IMG/VR virus record: IMGVR_UViG_3300014208_000031
Coordinates: 64,001-128,000 of that record
Direction: 5' to 3' (one strand)
DNA length: 64,000 nt
Origin: a virus
Positions 61,281 through 64,000 of this stretch are shown one piece after another (within the stretch, counting starts at the first letter, position 1; each line of letters opens with the position of its first letter). A program made the position numbers and the translations under genes. The notes under the pieces are model-generated. The model was given only the letters and a program-made list of their open reading frames with translations. It ran no database searches and was not told the origin of the DNA.

Positions 61281-62162
61281 TTATCCGAGTAAATCCACAA
61301 TACTTTGTCCGCCGAGTTTAACTAAACGATCATTCCAGTCGTTTTCGGGCGGAAATATGATTTTTACAACATTTTCATCAAAGAAATTACTTAATTTAAC
61401 TTTAATCTTTTCGGCGGCTTCATTTCCTACATTATTCTTTAAGCTATCATTATCTAGACAAATTTTGATACTTTTAAGATTTAAGCTGAGAAGAGAGGTC
61501 AAAACTTTACCGTGTAGTCTAGTTCCGAAAATACAAATTACGTTTTTAATCCCGGCGGACCAAAGAGAGAAAAGATTACCTAATGATTCCACTAAAATAA
61601 CTTCTTGTTTTTGTTTTATAATTTCTAAATTTAAGTAAAGAGGAAAACAAACTTCTGAAACTTTAAATAAATGTTTCCACTTCGGCTTCATCCAATTTTC
61701 TAAAGCTCGCCCGGATATACCCACAATCTCTTTATTTTGACCGTAGATAATAGTACAGGCTCTTTTAGCCATTTTACCGTCATTAAATATTCCACAAGTA
61801 AATTCGTCAAATATGGATTCATTAATGTCGCGAGATTTCCAATACGAATTATCTTTTATTAGAGAATCTAAAATAGAATTATCAAATTTTTTAGGAAGTT
61901 TTAACTCATCAATAAAATCAGTGTTGGAAAAAGCAAACTGAGATTCTTCCAGTTTATTTCCGGCAATAATTTCGGCTAGTTTAGAAAACGGCCCGCCGGA
62001 TGCTTGAACGAAATCAAACCAAAAACCAGTTTTTTTATTAATAGATAAATTCCAGTTTGAGCCGCCGCGATACAAACATTTTGACGACCATTCATTTCCA
62101 GCGTCTCTAACTGGATAACCATGTTCTTCTAAAAAAGATTTAATGTCTAGTTCTTGCTCCAT
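61281..62162 (-). CDS. DNA primase (Toprim)
   Basis: IVGISGR, PKWKH, VILVES, CLDND, NDWND; degenerate N-terminal zinc-binding domain. Confidence 0.85.
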   Translation of the reverse strand: MEQELDIKSFLEEHGYPVRDAGNEWSSKCLYRGGSNWNLSINKKTGFWFDFVQASGGPFSKLAEIIAGNKLEESQFAFSNTDFIDELKLPKKFDNSILDSLIKDNSYWKSRDINESIFDEFTCGIFNDGKMAKRACTIIYGQNKEIVGISGRALENWMKPKWKHLFKVSEVCFPLYLNLEIIKQKQEVILVESLGNLFSLWSAGIKNVICIFGTRLHGKVLTSLLSLNLKSIKICLDNDSLKNNVGNEAAEKIKVKLSNFFDENVVKIIFPPENDWNDRLVKLGGQSIVDLLG

Positions 62163-62470
62163 TATAATTTACTTATTCTAGTTCCACTAAAAGGATGCCA
62201 CGCAAATTTAACCATTGGTTTAGTTAAAATCCAACCTAATTCGTCCGGCCAAACATCAATTTCTTTGTTTTCGCTAATACATTTCCAGCCGCCGAAAGTA
62301 TTTCTTTTTGAATCTTTAGGTATCAATGCAGCGGCTTCACGCCATTTATTAAAAGGAATAACAATATCATAATCGCGCGGACTTTTATTTTCAGGATCGG
62401 CGGCGGAACCAACAATCCATCCGTCACAAACATGAGTTAATTTGGCGGCTAATTCGGGTAAAACTCTCAT
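62162..62470 (-). CDS. Minimal Pol-beta-family nucleotidyltransferase
   Basis: IVGSAA...PRDYDIV...IDVW (GS, DxD and a third Asp). Confidence 0.65.
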   Translation of the reverse strand: MRVLPELAAKLTHVCDGWIVGSAADPENKSPRDYDIVIPFNKWREAAALIPKDSKRNTFGGWKCISENKEIDVWPDELGWILTKPMVKFAWHPFSGTRISKL

Positions 62471-63904
62471 TTAAAATAAATCCCCGGATTCACTTTTAGG
62501 TTTTTTAGGTAACATTTGTAAGCTTAACTGTTCTTGTAATGTGTTCATTTCAGTAACAACAAAGCTATCTATTCTAAAATTGATATGATTTGGAATATAC
62601 ATGTCTTTTTTATCTTTAGTAATTTTAACCGTATCAATACTATCATACTCTAACCCAACATCTCTTGTAAACATCGGGACTAGTTTATGGGTCGATTTAC
62701 CACCTTCTAATGCTATATCATCTAATGTTTTCTTTTTGAATAAAAATACAGATGACGCAAATTTATTAACTTCTTTACTTAATCCTGTCTCGTCTGCTGC
62801 GTTAGCTTGGGCGGCTGCTAAAATTGGACATTGTAACTCAGATGCTAATTTTTTTGTGGCATCTACAGCGTACCCCATTTTCATTGAACCAGCATAGGCA
62901 TTATCAACCCCATCATTTAATGTTAATTTAAAATAATCTAAAGCCACAATAGCTTTTTTACCAGTTGTATTAATATTTTTCCAGTGCCACCGTCTTATAA
63001 TGGAATGTTGTTCTTCTGTTGTTGCATTTGCAACATAAATATGGTCTATTTTTGAAAAATATTTTTTAATTAACGGCCAAATTTCACGAACTTTTTTAAG
63101 AGTAATGGAATTATTTCTCCAAGTTCCGTCTTTTAATAACTTTTCATGGACTCCAGTTAAATTAGATAATAATCTTCTTTGAACCCTATAAGTTTCCAAT
63201 TCGGTATCTATCATCAACGCCCTAACATTACTGTCTGATTGCGTGGTCTTGATTAAGATGTCTAATAAGATTGTACTTTTACCTGACTTGGGAGGACTAA
63301 CAAAAACTACTAAATCACCCGGATACCATCCTCCATAATTATTTTGATATTTTTGATATGGCGCAACAATTTCATGTTTTTTATCGTCGTCAGCGATACC
63401 TTCAATATACTCTTCTAGCCCGGCGAATAAGTCTTGAGGTTCATTATTTAAGTTAAAATTATTTATTACCTCCCCGTAAAGGGCGTCGGATTTAGCTATT
63501 ACTTGATCAAAAGAATCATTAGCTGAATTATTTAAATATTTTTGAATTTCTTCTGTTTGCTTAAAAATCTGTTCTTTTCCCCAAATTTTAGCCAAGTCTT
63601 TAAAATACCCTAAACTAGCTTCTTTATTTATTTGGATTAATTCTAAAGCTTCTAAATACGAATAAACATCAATTTCAAAAGTTAAATTAAGATTAGATAT
63701 TTTGTTACTAATCGTAAACTTGTCAATTGGCTCTTTATTGAGTAAAGCCGCGCGAATTACACTAAAAATTATCTGATTTAATTTGTTTGAATAGAAATTT
63801 TCTTTTACTACGTTATCTATATCGGCAAAAATGTCAGGATTTTGGACTAACGCGGCTAAAGAATGGCGTTCTAGCTCTAATTTATTTGGGGATTTAAGTG
63901 GCAT
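62471..63904 (-). CDS. dnaB: Replicative DnaB-like helicase
   Basis: DnaB_N-like start (ELERHSLAAL), Walker A SPPKSGKS, IDTE, LDYFK, AAAQ. Confidence 0.9.
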   Translation of the reverse strand: MPLKSPNKLELERHSLAALVQNPDIFADIDNVVKENFYSNKLNQIIFSVIRAALLNKEPIDKFTISNKISNLNLTFEIDVYSYLEALELIQINKEASLGYFKDLAKIWGKEQIFKQTEEIQKYLNNSANDSFDQVIAKSDALYGEVINNFNLNNEPQDLFAGLEEYIEGIADDDKKHEIVAPYQKYQNNYGGWYPGDLVVFVSPPKSGKSTILLDILIKTTQSDSNVRALMIDTELETYRVQRRLLSNLTGVHEKLLKDGTWRNNSITLKKVREIWPLIKKYFSKIDHIYVANATTEEQHSIIRRWHWKNINTTGKKAIVALDYFKLTLNDGVDNAYAGSMKMGYAVDATKKLASELQCPILAAAQANAADETGLSKEVNKFASSVFLFKKKTLDDIALEGGKSTHKLVPMFTRDVGLEYDSIDTVKITKDKKDMYIPNHINFRIDSFVVTEMNTLQEQLSLQMLPKKPKSESGDLF

Positions 63905-64000
63905 TTTAAGAATTTAAGAAAGACTTTAAGTTTTTTGGTTTAGTAATTATTTGTGAATCCGCGCCGATTTTCACCGGTGTTAATTCAACAATCTCGGCGG

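Noticed and set aside
26328-62897. Short plus-strand ORFs within minus-strand genes (e.g. 28679, 34892, 52791, 61249, 62601)
   Set aside because: Antisense shadows. Only 38742, 38926 and 55484 occupy free space and have upstream motifs.
1-64000. Alternative genetic code, CRISPR array, tRNA genes
   Set aside because: Genes are full length and densely packed under the standard code, with all three stop codons used. I saw no repeat-spacer array or tRNA cloverleaf by eye, though tRNAscan was not run.

Overview
A 64-kb segment of a large, AT-rich (roughly 30% GC by eye) tailed dsDNA phage genome, read with the standard genetic code. Positions 1-20.6 kb (+) are a tail module: a giant TP901-type tape measure protein (TMP) truncated at the window start, then tail-tip/baseplate and fibre-like genes. 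Positions 20.7-64 kb (mostly -) are the replication, nucleotide-metabolism and accessory arm: Sak/Rad52-like annealase, two glycosyltransferases, SSB-like protein, ThyA, DHFR, DnaE, DnaQ-like exonuclease, primase, DnaB, two DNA methyltransferases, macro, NUDIX, SLOG, HAD and DUF5664 proteins, five free-standing homing endonucleases and many small ORFs. Most notable observations: (1) the TMP carries enzyme-like cargo (an ATP-grasp ligase domain and a ParB/Srx domain) between repeated GLIPN[YF] motifs; (2) an ORF-free, highly structured candidate ncRNA with its own promoters and terminator at about 51.85-52.1 kb; (3) a phage-encoded MotA/ExbB plus ExbD-like membrane motor operon; (4) two Tad1-like anti-defence sponge candidates; (5) strong iteration of CCG-S(1-2)-CGG words, including 11 exact copies of the palindrome CCGCGCGG, in an AT-rich genome; (6) two recurring promoter motifs, AGTGTAAA and AAAGGATATA. 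All family calls come from recognising motifs by eye, not from database searches.
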